Positions 46,224 through 58,149 are shown, numbered from the stretch's first letter. The stretch is 64,000 nt of DNA from Paramoeba atlantica (GCA_977017575.1 CDRNVI010000004.1:558001-622000), one strand, 5' to 3'. Numbers and translations are program-made. Notes: generated by a model not told the origin, from the sequence alone.

Positions 46224-48287
46224 AATCTTTTAAAATTATAAATATTGCTTACAATTTTTGTAAAGAGAGCATTTATTTTCGTTCTATTGAATTCCTTGTG
46301 GCCTCTAAACAAAACTACCTGCAACAAACTTCAGCTTCACTTTTTTTGAAGTTTTATGAACTTGAAATTGCACTTGTACATACAGGGGAACACAATTAGT
46401 CAGTATCCCGGCAAAAATTCAAAAACCGGTAATCTTTTTTTATTCAGTTTTGAAGAAAATATAGGATCATGTATAGTTTCAACATTTCTGAAACACATTC
46501 CGACACATTTCTAGAACAATAGGCAGTTAAACCCCCCGCACACTTATTATTCCGTTTTTTATTATTATTCCGGAAACACTTATTCCGTTTTTCAAGTTTC
46601 AAAAAAAGTTTTATAAATTATACAAGGAAGCATTTTTTTTATAAATTATATATTTTTATAAAAGTCGAAAAATAACCCATTTATAGAAATATATTAGCGG
46701 GGGTGTACACCCCTGTTCCACTTTTTTGCCCGCAATTGATTAAACGCACCAAATGAGCTTTTCGAATAATTTTTTTAAGCAAGTACGTAAATGGTTCGCC
46801 AGAGCGTGTTTCACCCTTTGTTTCAGCTGTGGTGGCTAAGCGAAAAAGGTTCGTTTTTTCCACGTTTTTCAGTAACGAATTGTTGTTTTTTCGTTTTTTT
46901 AGGTTATTTTCTCAGAATTTACATTGTATGTATATTACTATCTTCCATTTCTCTTTTGAAATGTCCTGATTATTTATTCTATGAACAATACTGCGTTTTT
47001 AAGACTCCTTCGTTTTATTAATAATATGTCTTCATCCCACGTTTATCGCATGCTGTTGGACTATAGGCATATTTTTCCCTGGTAGGACATCACCGAATTA
47101 TGCGAAAAAACCACTCTTTAGACCCAAGCAGAAACTTTTTTTATCACATAATACCGGGCAAAACAGGGGAACGGGGGTGTAGGGCTCATGAAATTCTTAA
47201 TTTTGCAAGAGTTGTGCGCCCTAGACTGGCCTCCACAGTCTCCCAATTTAAATCCCACGGACTCACCTATAGGTTGAGCTCAAAAAAGCCACTGCGGGTC
47301 ACCCAGACCTTTCCTTAAAAATGCTGCAACTGTGGGAACACGCCTAAAAAGTGTGGTCAAAAGTTCCTCCAAGTACATGACTCCCTCGTCCAAGGCATGC
47401 TCCGTTGTTCGAGAAGAAGTCTTCTTCTTCTCCCTCTTATTATTCTCTGTCGACCTATAAGTAAATCGCATTCGCTCTATTAAATAAACGACTTCTTCAC
47501 TCGGTCCGTTCTTTTTCGGTGTCGGTCTCAAAGGAGAATTCTACCACGACATCATCGGATTCAATATTTAAGTTGTCGACATTTATTTTTTCATGTTCTT
47601 GAAGGTAGGCGTTAGGATCCGTATAATATGGATTAAATATGATATGAGAACCATGTATTTTTTATCCAATACATACATTGTATATACACTATGCATACAT
47701 ACATACCTTAGTTGGGGATGTACCACGTCACTTGTGCAAGACGTCGAGAGTATCCATTGACCTTGACTACTCTCCGAATCCAACATTTGCTTGTATTTTC
47801 CCCTCAAATCTAGTAGTTCTAAGTAATGCTTACCACGTAGGATTCAACTTGCTTTATCGTAAATTGCTCCTTTTCCTCCATCTAGGAGTAAACCAGAGAT
47901 TTTAGAGGGGTGTGATCTTTGACGTGAAACACGTACTCTTTGGAGCGGCAGAAGAAATGCTGTCGTAGTCTTGAACCCATCGATATAACGGTCTTGGGGC
48001 GGATACCTTTTCACGAAAAGTAGTGACAGATAACTTAGTTAAACTAGGAGGGTACAGTATAATCTTTGGTACAATTTTTAGTTACTGTTACCCCCCTCCT
48101 TTATACTTCGCTGGTCAGACCCCCCCTTTATACTTCGTTTTTTGCCCCCCCCCCCGAAGGGGGGACGATTTTTTTTAATTTTCGCATTTTTTCAATTTTT
48201 TTAGAAGAAAACAAGAACGTTCTAAGTCTTCCCTTCTAGAAATGGAAGGTCAAATAAAAGGAAAGACAGGAAAACAGGATGAGCAAT

Positions 48288-48408
48288 TCCCATAGAATTG
48301 TCAGTTTTTCAATTACTGTGACCCCCCCTTTATACTTCGTTACTGCTCAAAATGGGCGAAGTATAAAGGGGGGGTCACAGTAATTGAAAAACTGACAATT
48401 TTATGGGA
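48288..48408. repeat. Near-perfect palindrome with ~52-bp arms containing pogo-like TIR sequence
   Basis: TCCCATAGAATTGTCAGTTTTTCAATTACTGTGACCCCCCCTTTATACTTCG and its reverse complement, separated by a 17-nt spacer. Confidence 0.9.
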
Positions 48409-48508
48409 CTTACTGTGCTCATGAAATATCACTCTGATTTATTCGCTTTTTTCTCAACCTGCAAAACTTTAACCTAAAACTTTGATCCACATCTGTATTC
48501 TTTTCTTC

Positions 48509-50380
48509 ATGCGCCTTGCGTTTCGCCGGGTCACCGGCCAGCTTGATTACATTGAGCTTCAAGACCCGCTCAGCGACACCATCCGTACCGTCCAATCCCT
48601 TGTCGCCGCAAAAGCCTCCCTTGAAGAGGCCTCTCTAAAACTCTGTTTCAAAGGCACCGTGCTGAAACCCCACCACACCATCCTCCAAGCCGGGCTCTCC
48701 GAAAACGACACCCTGGTCGCCGTTGGAAAGCCTCTTCCGAAAACCCCAGCTACCTCCATAAACAACAAACCCCCACCCACCCTTTCACCCTCTTCTCCCT
48801 CCACCTCTACCCCCAATGGAGATGTCTCTACACTCTCACAACCCCCCACAGAGGTCTCCCACGCTATCCCCTACAATAGCATGGCTCCCGTAACGGCGGG
48901 ATCACAAGCCTCCAATGCTACAAATCCTACACATCGAAATCTAAATCTAAATTCGAATACGGGTACTTCGAATACAAGTACGGGTACTTCGAATACAAGT
49001 ACGTGTACTTCGAATACAAGTACGGGTACTTCGAATACAAGTACGGGTACTTCGAATACAAGTACGGGTACTTCGAATACAAGTACGGGTACTTCGAATA
49101 CAAGTACGTGTACTTCGAATACAAGTACGGGTACTTCGAATACAAGTACGGGTACTTCGAATACAAGTACGGGTACTTCGAATACAAGTACGGGTACTTC
49201 GAATACAAGTACGGGTACTTCGAATACAAGTACGGGTACTTCGAATACAAGTACGGGTACTTCGAATACAAGTACGGGTACTTCGAATACAAGTACTACG
49301 AATACAAGTCATTCGGGTACTAGTACGGCTACCCCCTCCCCTACCCACACTCCCCCATCTCACAACGCCCACCTCTCGCAACTCACCGAGATGGGATTCC
49401 CCGCACTCCTCGCGGAGGAGGCGTTACACCGCGCCGGGGGAAATCTCCATCGGGCCCTCCAGCGGCTACTGCGGGGGGAGAGCAGTGGTGGTAGGGGTCG
49501 TGGTAGTGACCCAAGGGATGCCTATCCCCATGAAACCAACATGGAGGCCTTGGGTCACATGATGGACCCTTTGAACCCTTCAGCTCCGATGGGGGTAAGG
49601 AGAAGGAGAAGAAGGGGAAGGGAGGATTCAGATCCTGTTGGTAGAGGAACGGATCTTCCGATGCTGGGGGGTGGGTTGGGTATGGATGTGGATCGAGAGG
49701 GGGGAGGGAGGGGAAGGGGGGGAGTAGGGGAGGGGGGTGAAAGTGAGGAGGAGGAGGAGGAGGAGCACGCCGCTGAAATGATGCGTGTGTTTTTTGGTGC
49801 AGAAGGGGAGGAGGGGGATGAAGATGAGGATGAGGATGAAGAAGATGGTCTTGGGGTGGAGTTTATGTCCATGCCGGAGACCCAGGAGGAGGCGGAACGG
49901 TTGGTTCAGGATATGGTGGATTCCGAGGGGATGTTGTTTCATGGATTACTTCGTGCAAGTGCGATGCGGGTTCCGTTATCGCCGCTGTTGCTGGAGCAGT
50001 TGATTCGTATGGGTTCCGAACACCCTAGGGTAGCGTTGTTGATGGGGTCTTACCCGGAGATTGCGCTGAATCTCGTAAATGCGCATGTGGATGCGTTACG
50101 GGACGAGGGTTTCACAGAGTTACAGCACTATGCCAACCGAGAGGATTTGGAACCATCGGCTACAGGGGAAGGGGAAGCCTCCAAAGATGTGGAAAAGGAT
50201 ACGGAAAACAGGGAACGTTCAGAGAAAACTTGTGAAGAAGGTTTACGTCAGAAAGAGGTGTCGGATGATGCAAAAAGTGGAAAGGGTGAAGAACCCACGC
50301 ACGATTTTACTGAGGCAGAAAAGAATAACGAAGATGCGTCTAGAGAGAATGGCGATGCGGCGTCGAATGATGGAGCATAA
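48509..50380 (+). CDS. RAD23-like ubiquitin receptor (UBL, Ser/Thr repeat, UBA, STI1/XPC-binding-like)
   Basis: UBL: LKLCFKGTVLK..TI..AGL. UBA: LSQLTEMGFP..AEEALHRAGGNLHRAL. LLEQL...HP.VALLM segment. ATG at 48509. Confidence 0.75.
   Translation: MRLAFRRVTGQLDYIELQDPLSDTIRTVQSLVAAKASLEEASLKLCFKGTVLKPHHTILQAGLSENDTLVAVGKPLPKTPATSINNKPPPTLSPSSPSTSTPNGDVSTLSQPPTEVSHAIPYNSMAPVTAGSQASNATNPTHRNLNLNSNTGTSNTSTGTSNTSTCTSNTSTGTSNTSTGTSNTSTGTSNTSTGTSNTSTCTSNTSTGTSNTSTGTSNTSTGTSNTSTGTSNTSTGTSNTSTGTSNTSTGTSNTSTGTSNTSTTNTSHSGTSTATPSPTHTPPSHNAHLSQLTEMGFPALLAEEALHRAGGNLHRALQRLLRGESSGGRGRGSDPRDAYPHETNMEALGHMMDPLNPSAPMGVRRRRRRGREDSDPVGRGTDLPMLGGGLGMDVDREGGGRGRGGVGEGGESEEEEEEEHAAEMMRVFFGAEGEEGDEDEDEDEEDGLGVEFMSMPETQEEAERLVQDMVDSEGMLFHGLLRASAMRVPLSPLLLEQLIRMGSEHPRVALLMGSYPEIALNLVNAHVDALRDEGFTELQHYANREDLEPSATGEGEASKDVEKDTENRERSEKTCEEGLRQKEVSDDAKSGKGEEPTHDFTEAEKNNEDASRENGDAASNDGA
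48959..49294 (+). repeat. 16 x 21-bp coding tandem repeat (TGTSNTS)
   Basis: ACG(G/T)GTACTTCGAATACAAGT; 336 bp. Confidence 0.95.
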
Positions 50381-50699
50381 AAAATTGCGGTACAGGTTTA
50401 TTTTACATATCGGCTGTTGGAATGAGATTTTAAAATCTTGCTTGCCTTGGCTGCTTGAGTGAGTACAATTATAGAGATCAAGAAAATGCAAACAAAATAC
50501 TTTACAACAAGATTGTTTTTAAGGTTGATATGTTGGCACTACCCAGCAAGTGATTACGCCTCTTAATGTTTTTTCTTCTAATTTAGTGCCTTTTTTCTTC
50601 TGCACTATGACTTGGGAATATAGAGCCATCCGGCAGTAATCCATTGTCTTCGTCTTCAGAAGACAAAAGGTTGTAAATACAGTTCACCAGTAGGACGAT

Positions 50700-52103
50700 A
50701 TGGAAGAGCCCAACAATGAGGCCTCCCATCCGGTAGCTACTTCCTCGACCACTGCACAACCCAACAGCAAGAAGGGGTCGATAAAATCCACTTCCCAAAA
50801 AAATGCCCCTTCCCCTGTCTCCGTCCTTCAACCTGTGGCCCCAATGCAGCTCCGAAATCAAGGGGAAACAGCGGCGCATTATCTCGCACGTAGTTTTCTA
50901 GATTCGTCGCTTTCGCAACAACGCGGTCGTGAAGCAAAGAACGCGAATCAAAAGGATGTTTCTCAGAGCACTAAAAATGGACCACTAGAAAACCCCAATG
51001 TGAGCACTTTTGCGGAGAAAGTACGCCGGCACACAGGGGTGTATCTGATCACGCGTCGGGTACGAGCAGAAAATGCATCGAATGCCAATACTTCGCAGAG
51101 TAAAATAAAGGAAGTCCAAGATTCTGCCGCTAATAAACCGAAAATAAATGCAACGATTTCTAGCACAAAAACAACAACTGCTACTCCTACACCATCCTAT
51201 TCTCCAACCACTACGAAATCCATTGCAGAAAAATCCAATAGCCGCCAAACAGAGGTTAATCACAAAAAAACTTCCCAAAGTTCTCCAAATCCTACACCAC
51301 CCGCCGTCTCCCACCACCCGACCTCTCCACATGCTCCCACCCCTTTCCTTTCTCCCTCTCCTCCCTCCTCTCTCCCCCCTCCCCCCACAAATTTAAGTCC
51401 AAATACTCCAAAAGTTTCCTTAAGTCCAAATACTCCAAAAACTTCCTTATTTGGAGAAACCCACGAAAAATCACATCAAACGCCTCAAAAACGTTTAATC
51501 AAATACACTCAAAACACGCAAAGCAAAATGTTGCGTTGTTTTTCGCAAAACTCACCTTCCCCTCGTGAGTATGGTGAAATGGGGCCGTTGCAAACCCCAG
51601 GAAGCCAACAAACCCCCAAACGCGGGATTTGTGCTCAGCCCCACGCTAAACGGGGCAGCCAGGTGCTGGTCCCCGCAACCCCCTCCCCTCGCTACCCCAG
51701 CGGGACCCAGCGGTACCCGAAAGCGTATCGACATGAAAATACTAAAACAGAGGACGCGGGAAGGGATAGAAATCCAGCCTATGGATTCTATGGTGAGACA
51801 CAAAGAGGGTTTCCTCTCTCCCCTTCGCCCAATACGAAAAGGGGAAAGAGGAATCAAGAAAAGGGGGAAGGAGAAGGAAATAAAAAAGATACAGGAGAGA
51901 GAAGGTGGAGAGAGAACGTCTCCTTATCGCTGTCTCCTCCTCCTTCTTCCTCGTTATCGTTGTTTTGTGGGAACTCCCCGCGTGGGGGGTATGACACCCC
52001 ACGAAGGGGTGGGAGTTCCGGGGGGAGGAAAGGAAAGCCTGTGGGGGTACTCTCTCACGGTGTAATGGTGGTGCCGGAGAGTCCGGCGAAGATGGAGTGG
52101 TGA
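50700..52103 (+). CDS. Hypothetical Ser/Thr/Pro-rich low-complexity protein
   Basis: 467-aa open frame on the gene-cluster strand; no recognised domain. Confidence 0.4.
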   Translation: MEEPNNEASHPVATSSTTAQPNSKKGSIKSTSQKNAPSPVSVLQPVAPMQLRNQGETAAHYLARSFLDSSLSQQRGREAKNANQKDVSQSTKNGPLENPNVSTFAEKVRRHTGVYLITRRVRAENASNANTSQSKIKEVQDSAANKPKINATISSTKTTTATPTPSYSPTTTKSIAEKSNSRQTEVNHKKTSQSSPNPTPPAVSHHPTSPHAPTPFLSPSPPSSLPPPPTNLSPNTPKVSLSPNTPKTSLFGETHEKSHQTPQKRLIKYTQNTQSKMLRCFSQNSPSPREYGEMGPLQTPGSQQTPKRGICAQPHAKRGSQVLVPATPSPRYPSGTQRYPKAYRHENTKTEDAGRDRNPAYGFYGETQRGFPLSPSPNTKRGKRNQEKGEGEGNKKDTGERRWRENVSLSLSPPPSSSLSLFCGNSPRGGYDTPRRGGSSGGRKGKPVGVLSHGVMVVPESPAKMEW

Positions 52104-52274
52104 GATGGGAAACCCTTTAAGAGGGAAAGGGGTACTTTTTCTTTCTTAAAAAGTAAGGCACTTTCTTGTTTTATCTGGGAATGGGTAAGGGTGGGTGGTA
52201 GATGTAATCCGCTATTCTTTCTTATCAGTACACCCCCTCTCATAAATAATGATAATAATAATTTTTCTTTTTTA

Positions 52275-52369
52275 GGCTCTTCGTCAAACGCGGTGATTTT
52301 TTTCAACTTAGAAGTCACTCATGCTGCGCGCTTCGCGTTGAAAACTACCACCGCGCTTAACGAAGAGCC
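52275..52369. mobile_element. ~95-bp hairpin MITE, copy 3
   Basis: TA-GGCTCTTCG...CGAAGAGCC-TA. Confidence 0.8.
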
Positions 52370-53914
52370 TAAAAAAGAAAAATCACGAAAAGATCATGAA
52401 TAATCTAGTTTTTTGGGTGAAAACCCTCGATTTTTCGACAAAAATTGCGAAATTTTACCGCGAATTTGGGCAGTTTTTGATACCTTACCAGTAGCGGCAG
52501 GAGTCGAATCTGTTGAAAAAAACGGCGTAGAATGGTAGCTGAGGTGCAAAACTCTTAAAATACGTTTTAGGAGTCGATTCTGGAAAAATAATATTTTTTC
52601 TTTTTTTTGGGTCAAAAAAAATTTTTTTGGTCACCCCAAAAAAATCGTAAATTTTGACCTTGTCGGACCCCTCCTGCGCATACCAGGGGGGGTACCCCCA
52701 GGGGGGGGGGGGAATTATCGCCGCGGCCTACTCTACCACTTCCCTGCACTCGATTTTGAAAAGCAAAAAATTCAAAACAAAATTCTTGACGTATGCCCCC
52801 CCATGGACCCCCCCATGCCCCCCCCCCTTGGACCCCCCTAGACCGCCCATTTTTTTCAATTTTTTTTTTCAATTTTGGACCACCGGAGCCCCCTTTTATA
52901 TTTTTTTCTTCTATTATAATACTGTGTTCCCCTTTATATTTTCACTGTTTTTGTTCACTTTTTTTTCAATAATCGAGGGAAGAGCGGTAGTTATACAACC
53001 ACCGCAATTTTTCTGTGATTATCATTATTATTATTATCATTATTTGTGAACGCAATAAGAGAAGATCAGAAGTAAACATACTTACATACGAAAGGAAAAA
53101 ACAAGACAATAACGCTCACCGATAAAACCTTATAAGCCTTTCACACCTCCTCCAACACAATTTGTTCCCCACAGAATCTATATTGCACAGAAAGCTTCAA
53201 ATCCAACGGACAACTGGTTGTCAAAATCTTCGGGAATGTTGTCTAACGTTTCCTCATCCTCGGAGTCATCCATGCTATGATTATTTATGTGCGAGAAAAG
53301 CTCTCGACGACGTACCCATGCCGTAGCTTTGTTTTGAGAATCTCTGAGAGAATCTTTGATAATAGCAACCTTTTCCACGCACTAATCGTAGCGTTTACTT
53401 GATCCTTAGTGCAATGCCACTTGGCAATAAAAGTTTTGGTGTTGCATTAGCAGATTTAACGTTCACTTCCAATTTACGTAGTGAGAAAAGGTGCTCTTTT
53501 GCAAAAGTCTAAGTAGAAGTAATTTCATTGTGATTTTCACCCTGTTGGAAAAGGTTCGTAAACCACTTGGTCTTTTTTTCGATCCGTTTCAATGAGGGAC
53601 GACCGCCTATGCTAGTGTACTTCACTATTTCACCGGATGTATCAAGAGGTCGCTTTTTAGAGGATCGACCTGACATGGAGGAGTAACAATAGAATGATAA
53701 TTTTTCGATAATTTTTAAGTAATTTTCAAAGCCGGAAGTGAAAATATTTTTTTATTTATCTTTATTAATGAAAGGGAGTGTACTCTTTTCTTTCCATCTT
53801 TTGAAGTTCTTCGGGAGAAGAAAAGGGGAAAAGAAATCCCTCTAAACCAAACATACGCGCGTTTTGTAACTTTTTCATCATAACGCGTCCTAATTCCCCT
53901 CCTCTCCTTTACCC

Positions 53915-56395
53915 ATGACCCCTCCCCCCTCCCTCCTACCCCCTTTCTTGGACCCCTCCTTGTCCACTCCCCTTTCGATCTCCTCTCCGGAACATTACCT
54001 CTCCGCGCGACGCATTGCGTTTCATGATATTTCCCAAAAAGTACGTGACATCCATCACCGACTCACACAAGCCACCCAGGAGTGGTTCGCGGATTGGGCC
54101 TCGCAAAATAATTTCTATGCTCCTGGTCAGACCGATAAAAATATGGATCAACAGTTAGAGTATAGAACACTTAAAAATGAATCACGTGTTTCAGAGGAAA
54201 TCCAACAACAAGAGACAGGAAATAAAAAGCGAAAAAGCAACAACGCCTGCTCACCTCCATTATGGTACAAAATTGAGTTATTTGGCTCCGCGGCGTTAGG
54301 AACGCTCACCGAGAGCAGTGATGTTGATGCGCTTCTGCTGGTTCCCGCCCACACGACGCTGGGTGACTTTTTTCACGGTCTTCCGGGTTTTCTTGCCCGG
54401 CACCGTTTTGATCATATTTTTCCCATCCACGCGGCTGTTCCGCTGCTGAGTATGACCTACTTTGGCATCGAAGTAGATCTTAGTTTCGCGGCGTACCGAA
54501 CCTCCTACCCTCCGGATTACCCTGAGTTGTTAGGTCCGTTATCTCGGTATAAATATGTCCCGCGAGACCGTGGGTTTCGCAGTGCCCAGGGACTACGGGT
54601 CGCGTTAACATTGCGACAATGGCTCGGGCTTTCTCTAAATCCGAATGGGGAATCTCCTGCGGGGAGAAATGGGTCGAAGGGGGTCATGAGAGAAGAAGAA
54701 AAGAGTTCAATGGTTTTACACCCGCTTTCGCTTTTCGTGGATACCGTTCGGTTGATTAAATGCTGGGCGCATGCCCGAGGGGTGTATGGGAATGTGTTTT
54801 GCTATCTCGGAGGTGTGGCGTGGACGATTCTGGTGGCACATCTGTTTCTTCTCCAATGTTCGCGTAAGCCATTTTCGTCCCTCACGGAGGCTGTGATGGC
54901 ATTTTTTACCTTTTATGAGGCCTATTTCAACATTGAAAAACGTGGATTTCCTCTGCAACCTGCGATCCAACTCCTCAACGCTTTGCCAAAAGACAAAAGG
55001 GAAAAAGAAGAGACGAAAAGAGTAGAATTGGATGTGCTTGCAAGCGAGGAACCCTGTGAGCAGGGTCCCGAAGGGTTCGAGAACTCTCCTACAGAGTCCT
55101 TATTGTCTGAATTAGGTTCCCCTTCCAGTACGAGCTCCCCTGCTCCTGAGTGCTCTGACATTTTACGAATTAACAACCCCGCTCCAGGCTACACCAACAG
55201 TGCCTACAATGTCACCCTTTGTACGTTACATGTGATCTATGAAGAAATTCACCGAGCGCATCGTCTGCTGAACGAACCCCCACCCTCTATGTCCTCGGGA
55301 AACCCCAAACAACAACAACAACACCCTTGGGGATCTCTCCTCTCCCCGATTCACTTCCTATCGGAATATGAGCACTTTGTGCTCCTCGGGACCTGTTCCG
55401 AGCGTGCGCTGCTCTCCTTCACTACATGGAAGAAAACCTTTGAGAGCAAACTAAAATATTTTTTATACTCCCTCGAGGCGAATTTCCCGGAGCTCTCGCC
55501 CCGGCTCCTGCCTCGTGCCCTCGAGGAGGTTTTCAAACTCCCACAAAAAATAGAAAGCCAGCCGAAAGAGGCGGTGGAGAAACGAAAACAACAACAGGGG
55601 AGAAACTCCAAAGCCCCGGAGTACCGCTCTGCGCGTTATTTAATCGCGCTCCAAGGAGGGGGTCGAAAAGACGGAAAAAGTTCCTCGTCTTCCTCTGTTT
55701 TGTCGTCAAATAAAAACAAATCAAGTTCTACTCGAATTCCTGTAGGAGAAGTCGAGGAATCGACTTTGCTATTACGGGAGAAATACCCCCTGGCCCGGCC
55801 CCTGGCGGATCTCCTGCAGGTTCTCCCCTGCTCGGAGCCTGTGGCCACCCCGACGGCGAAAATTGTTTCCCGTTCAGAGTTGTGTGAACTGTTTTCGTTT
55901 TTCACAACAGGGGACAGGGAGAGCGGAAACCAATCGCCTACCCCCTTAGCTCCCTTTTTTGGTCCCGGAAAGAAACGAAAAAAAGGAAACCCCAACAAGG
56001 AAGGGGTAGAAAACATAAAGCAAAGGAATGGGAGGGGAGAGAAGAAGGAGAGCGAGGAGGGAGAGGACTCCTCGGAAAGTCCCCCTCGGCCTGTGGAGGA
56101 ATGGGCCACGGAGTCACCTCGTGGGTCAGCAGAAAAGACTTCGTCTTCTCACACTGAAGTGGAGAAAAAGACTTCTTCTTGTCCTTTGTCTCCGACCACT
56201 ACCGTCTCTTCAGGGGTACGCCCTTGTGAGGCAAAGGGATGGAATGTAAGCCCAGCCCCTCCGAGTGAAGAGATACGGTCTCGATATGCTTTTGGAGAAA
56301 GCATCCAAAAACATTTGGAGCCTCCGAAAAGCGGAGCTGCGCCATCTCGTTTAGAATATCTTGACACAAAAGAGAGGGATCGACGGGAGTTTTAA
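53915..56395 (+). CDS. Canonical-type poly(A) polymerase
   Basis: LFGSAALG...SDVDAL (nucleotidyltransferase), GIEVDLSFA, IKCWA..RGVYGN..YLGGVAW, NSAYNV, RNA-binding-domain HFLSEYEHF; low-complexity tail. Confidence 0.92.
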   Translation: MTPPPSLLPPFLDPSLSTPLSISSPEHYLSARRIAFHDISQKVRDIHHRLTQATQEWFADWASQNNFYAPGQTDKNMDQQLEYRTLKNESRVSEEIQQQETGNKKRKSNNACSPPLWYKIELFGSAALGTLTESSDVDALLLVPAHTTLGDFFHGLPGFLARHRFDHIFPIHAAVPLLSMTYFGIEVDLSFAAYRTSYPPDYPELLGPLSRYKYVPRDRGFRSAQGLRVALTLRQWLGLSLNPNGESPAGRNGSKGVMREEEKSSMVLHPLSLFVDTVRLIKCWAHARGVYGNVFCYLGGVAWTILVAHLFLLQCSRKPFSSLTEAVMAFFTFYEAYFNIEKRGFPLQPAIQLLNALPKDKREKEETKRVELDVLASEEPCEQGPEGFENSPTESLLSELGSPSSTSSPAPECSDILRINNPAPGYTNSAYNVTLCTLHVIYEEIHRAHRLLNEPPPSMSSGNPKQQQQHPWGSLLSPIHFLSEYEHFVLLGTCSERALLSFTTWKKTFESKLKYFLYSLEANFPELSPRLLPRALEEVFKLPQKIESQPKEAVEKRKQQQGRNSKAPEYRSARYLIALQGGGRKDGKSSSSSSVLSSNKNKSSSTRIPVGEVEESTLLLREKYPLARPLADLLQVLPCSEPVATPTAKIVSRSELCELFSFFTTGDRESGNQSPTPLAPFFGPGKKRKKGNPNKEGVENIKQRNGRGEKKESEEGEDSSESPPRPVEEWATESPRGSAEKTSSSHTEVEKKTSSCPLSPTTTVSSGVRPCEAKGWNVSPAPPSEEIRSRYAFGESIQKHLEPPKSGAAPSRLEYLDTKERDRREF

Positions 56396-56621
56396 TAATA
56401 ATAGTACTGTGACCCCCCCCTTTAATATGGACAGGGGGTATCCCCCCCCTTTATTATGGACAAATCCGACCGGGCGCCGCGCAGCGGCGCCAATTTTTTT
56501 TTTTGACATACCCTTTTTTTTGTCTCTTTTTTTCTGTTTTTTAGGGTATCTGTAGCTAGGTAATTTTATCAGCTTTCACATAGTTCGTCATGTTCATATA
56601 TTTCAGTCATTTTTCAACCTA

Positions 56622-57491
56622 ATGAATTCCGTGGAAGGACCCTTAACCTCTTGGATTAAGGCAACACCCCCAAAGCCACAGGTATGTAATCCAACAATGT
56701 TGATTACAAATGAGCGCAATGTCCACGCTTCTTTAGATATCCACGTAAAGGAGAAAAGGGGACGAACTGAGCTTAATATATACGAGAAGCGCGAAATCTG
56801 CCGATCGACTCTCTCGGTAAAAAGAATCCGAGAAAAATGCGGAATTTCGCGAAGCGGAGTATATGAAATCCGTAGCCACGGTATGAGCTACTTTCAAAAA
56901 CTCATTGATCGTTCCATGGGGAGCAACCACAGGAATCGTGCTTTTAACGTTCGAGGAGGCGACTACAATGATCCCGAAGCAGTTTGCTACAATAAGTCTG
57001 AGGCAATGGAACGGGTACACCGCTCCTGCGTTCAAGCCTCCTCGTTATGGTGTCCCCTCACCAGAAATATCGTCATCGACATGATACGACAAAATACGGG
57101 ATTGACTTCAATTAGTGCTTTGGAAGACACTTATGCGAAGTTCAGACGGTACTATGGTTGGGTGTGGCGGCGGTGGGGCAGAATACAGTGCTTAGCCCCC
57201 GCTGATGTGAACCTCAGAATTTCTCGTTGGGCTGAAAAGCTCTACGTTCAAAACACAGTCAGTTGCTACCGTTTCGCGCTTTTCGGGGATGAAACCGCCA
57301 TGTTTGTCAATGGAGAGGTGCAAGGGTACACACTTGCTCCGGTAGGGTGCCCGCAACCTAAGGTAGTGGATACAAACCCAAAGGAAACAGTAACCGCATT
57401 TCTTGCGGGCGTCTATGATTTAGGGGCCGACGAAGTTTACCCGCTCCACCCGACTGTAATTTTTGAGCACGGAGCGAATTTTTTTGACTGA
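56622..57491 (+). CDS. pogo/CENP-B-like transposase, N-terminal part only (two HTH regions and first Asp)
   Basis: RTELNIYEKREIC..GISRSGVYEI; YAKFRRYYGW; LFGDET; TLAPVG; VTAFLAG. No D2 or D3. Confidence 0.8.
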   Translation: MNSVEGPLTSWIKATPPKPQVCNPTMLITNERNVHASLDIHVKEKRGRTELNIYEKREICRSTLSVKRIREKCGISRSGVYEIRSHGMSYFQKLIDRSMGSNHRNRAFNVRGGDYNDPEAVCYNKSEAMERVHRSCVQASSLWCPLTRNIVIDMIRQNTGLTSISALEDTYAKFRRYYGWVWRRWGRIQCLAPADVNLRISRWAEKLYVQNTVSCYRFALFGDETAMFVNGEVQGYTLAPVGCPQPKVVDTNPKETVTAFLAGVYDLGADEVYPLHPTVIFEHGANFFD

Positions 57492-58149
57492 GATTTTTGA
57501 GCACGCGGTGGATCAGCTCTGCCAAAACGTAATGGAGGTATATCGGGAATTGCCTAATGCAGACAGGCATCTCATGTTCCTAAATACCGGACAGACGCAG
57601 TTGATGTTAGGCCTGGGCCGCGAGCCAAAACAGCATATTACATCGGTTCGTCGAATAGCCGCGGCTTTAATTTTTAATGGGCATTTTATCCTTGTCGATT
57701 TCCAGAGGTTTGGGCAAACTGTTTTCGACAGTTACGAAACATATTGTCCCTCTGCTCGATCTGATTTTCTGAACAGCATCATGATTCACATGCGTCCGCT
57801 GATAGGTTTCTCTGCGGAGATGAAGATTAAATACGCCGCAGTGCCGCAACAGCAACCAATGACGAATGAATGCGGGCTCCATTTGGTAAACAATCTGTGT
57901 AACTTGCTTTTTTTAGTTCCCGTGGAGAACAAGCTCACACGCAAAAATATCTCAAAAACATGGCCACCATGCGTTCCCGGTGCTCTGTCTCATCGTCCTG
58001 CCCTCACTGAAGAGCTTCACGATGAGGAAATAATTGACACTCAAGATTGTTTAGGGCAACTAATGCTTCATCCAGACAACGACCGCGGAGACATGGACAC
58101 AGAGGGGTGGGATCAGTCAGTAGCGTATGATGATACTTTTGAATTGTAA
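57463..58149 (+). CDS. Ulp1/C48-like cysteine protease domain, +1 frame relative to the transposase
   Basis: NGHFILVD (His), VFDS (Asp), VPQQQPMTNECG (Gln, Cys) in the C48 order. The ORF-track start is non-ATG. Confidence 0.75.
   Translation: MSTERIFLTEIFEHAVDQLCQNVMEVYRELPNADRHLMFLNTGQTQLMLGLGREPKQHITSVRRIAAALIFNGHFILVDFQRFGQTVFDSYETYCPSARSDFLNSIMIHMRPLIGFSAEMKIKYAAVPQQQPMTNECGLHLVNNLCNLLFLVPVENKLTRKNISKTWPPCVPGALSHRPALTEELHDEEIIDTQDCLGQLMLHPDNDRGDMDTEGWDQSVAYDDTFEL

Noticed and set aside
48927-49381. Tyr-rich repeat ORFs (YFEYKYG, YSKYPYL, CIRSTRT)
   Set aside because: Alternative frames and strands of the 21-bp repeat inside the RAD23-like CDS.
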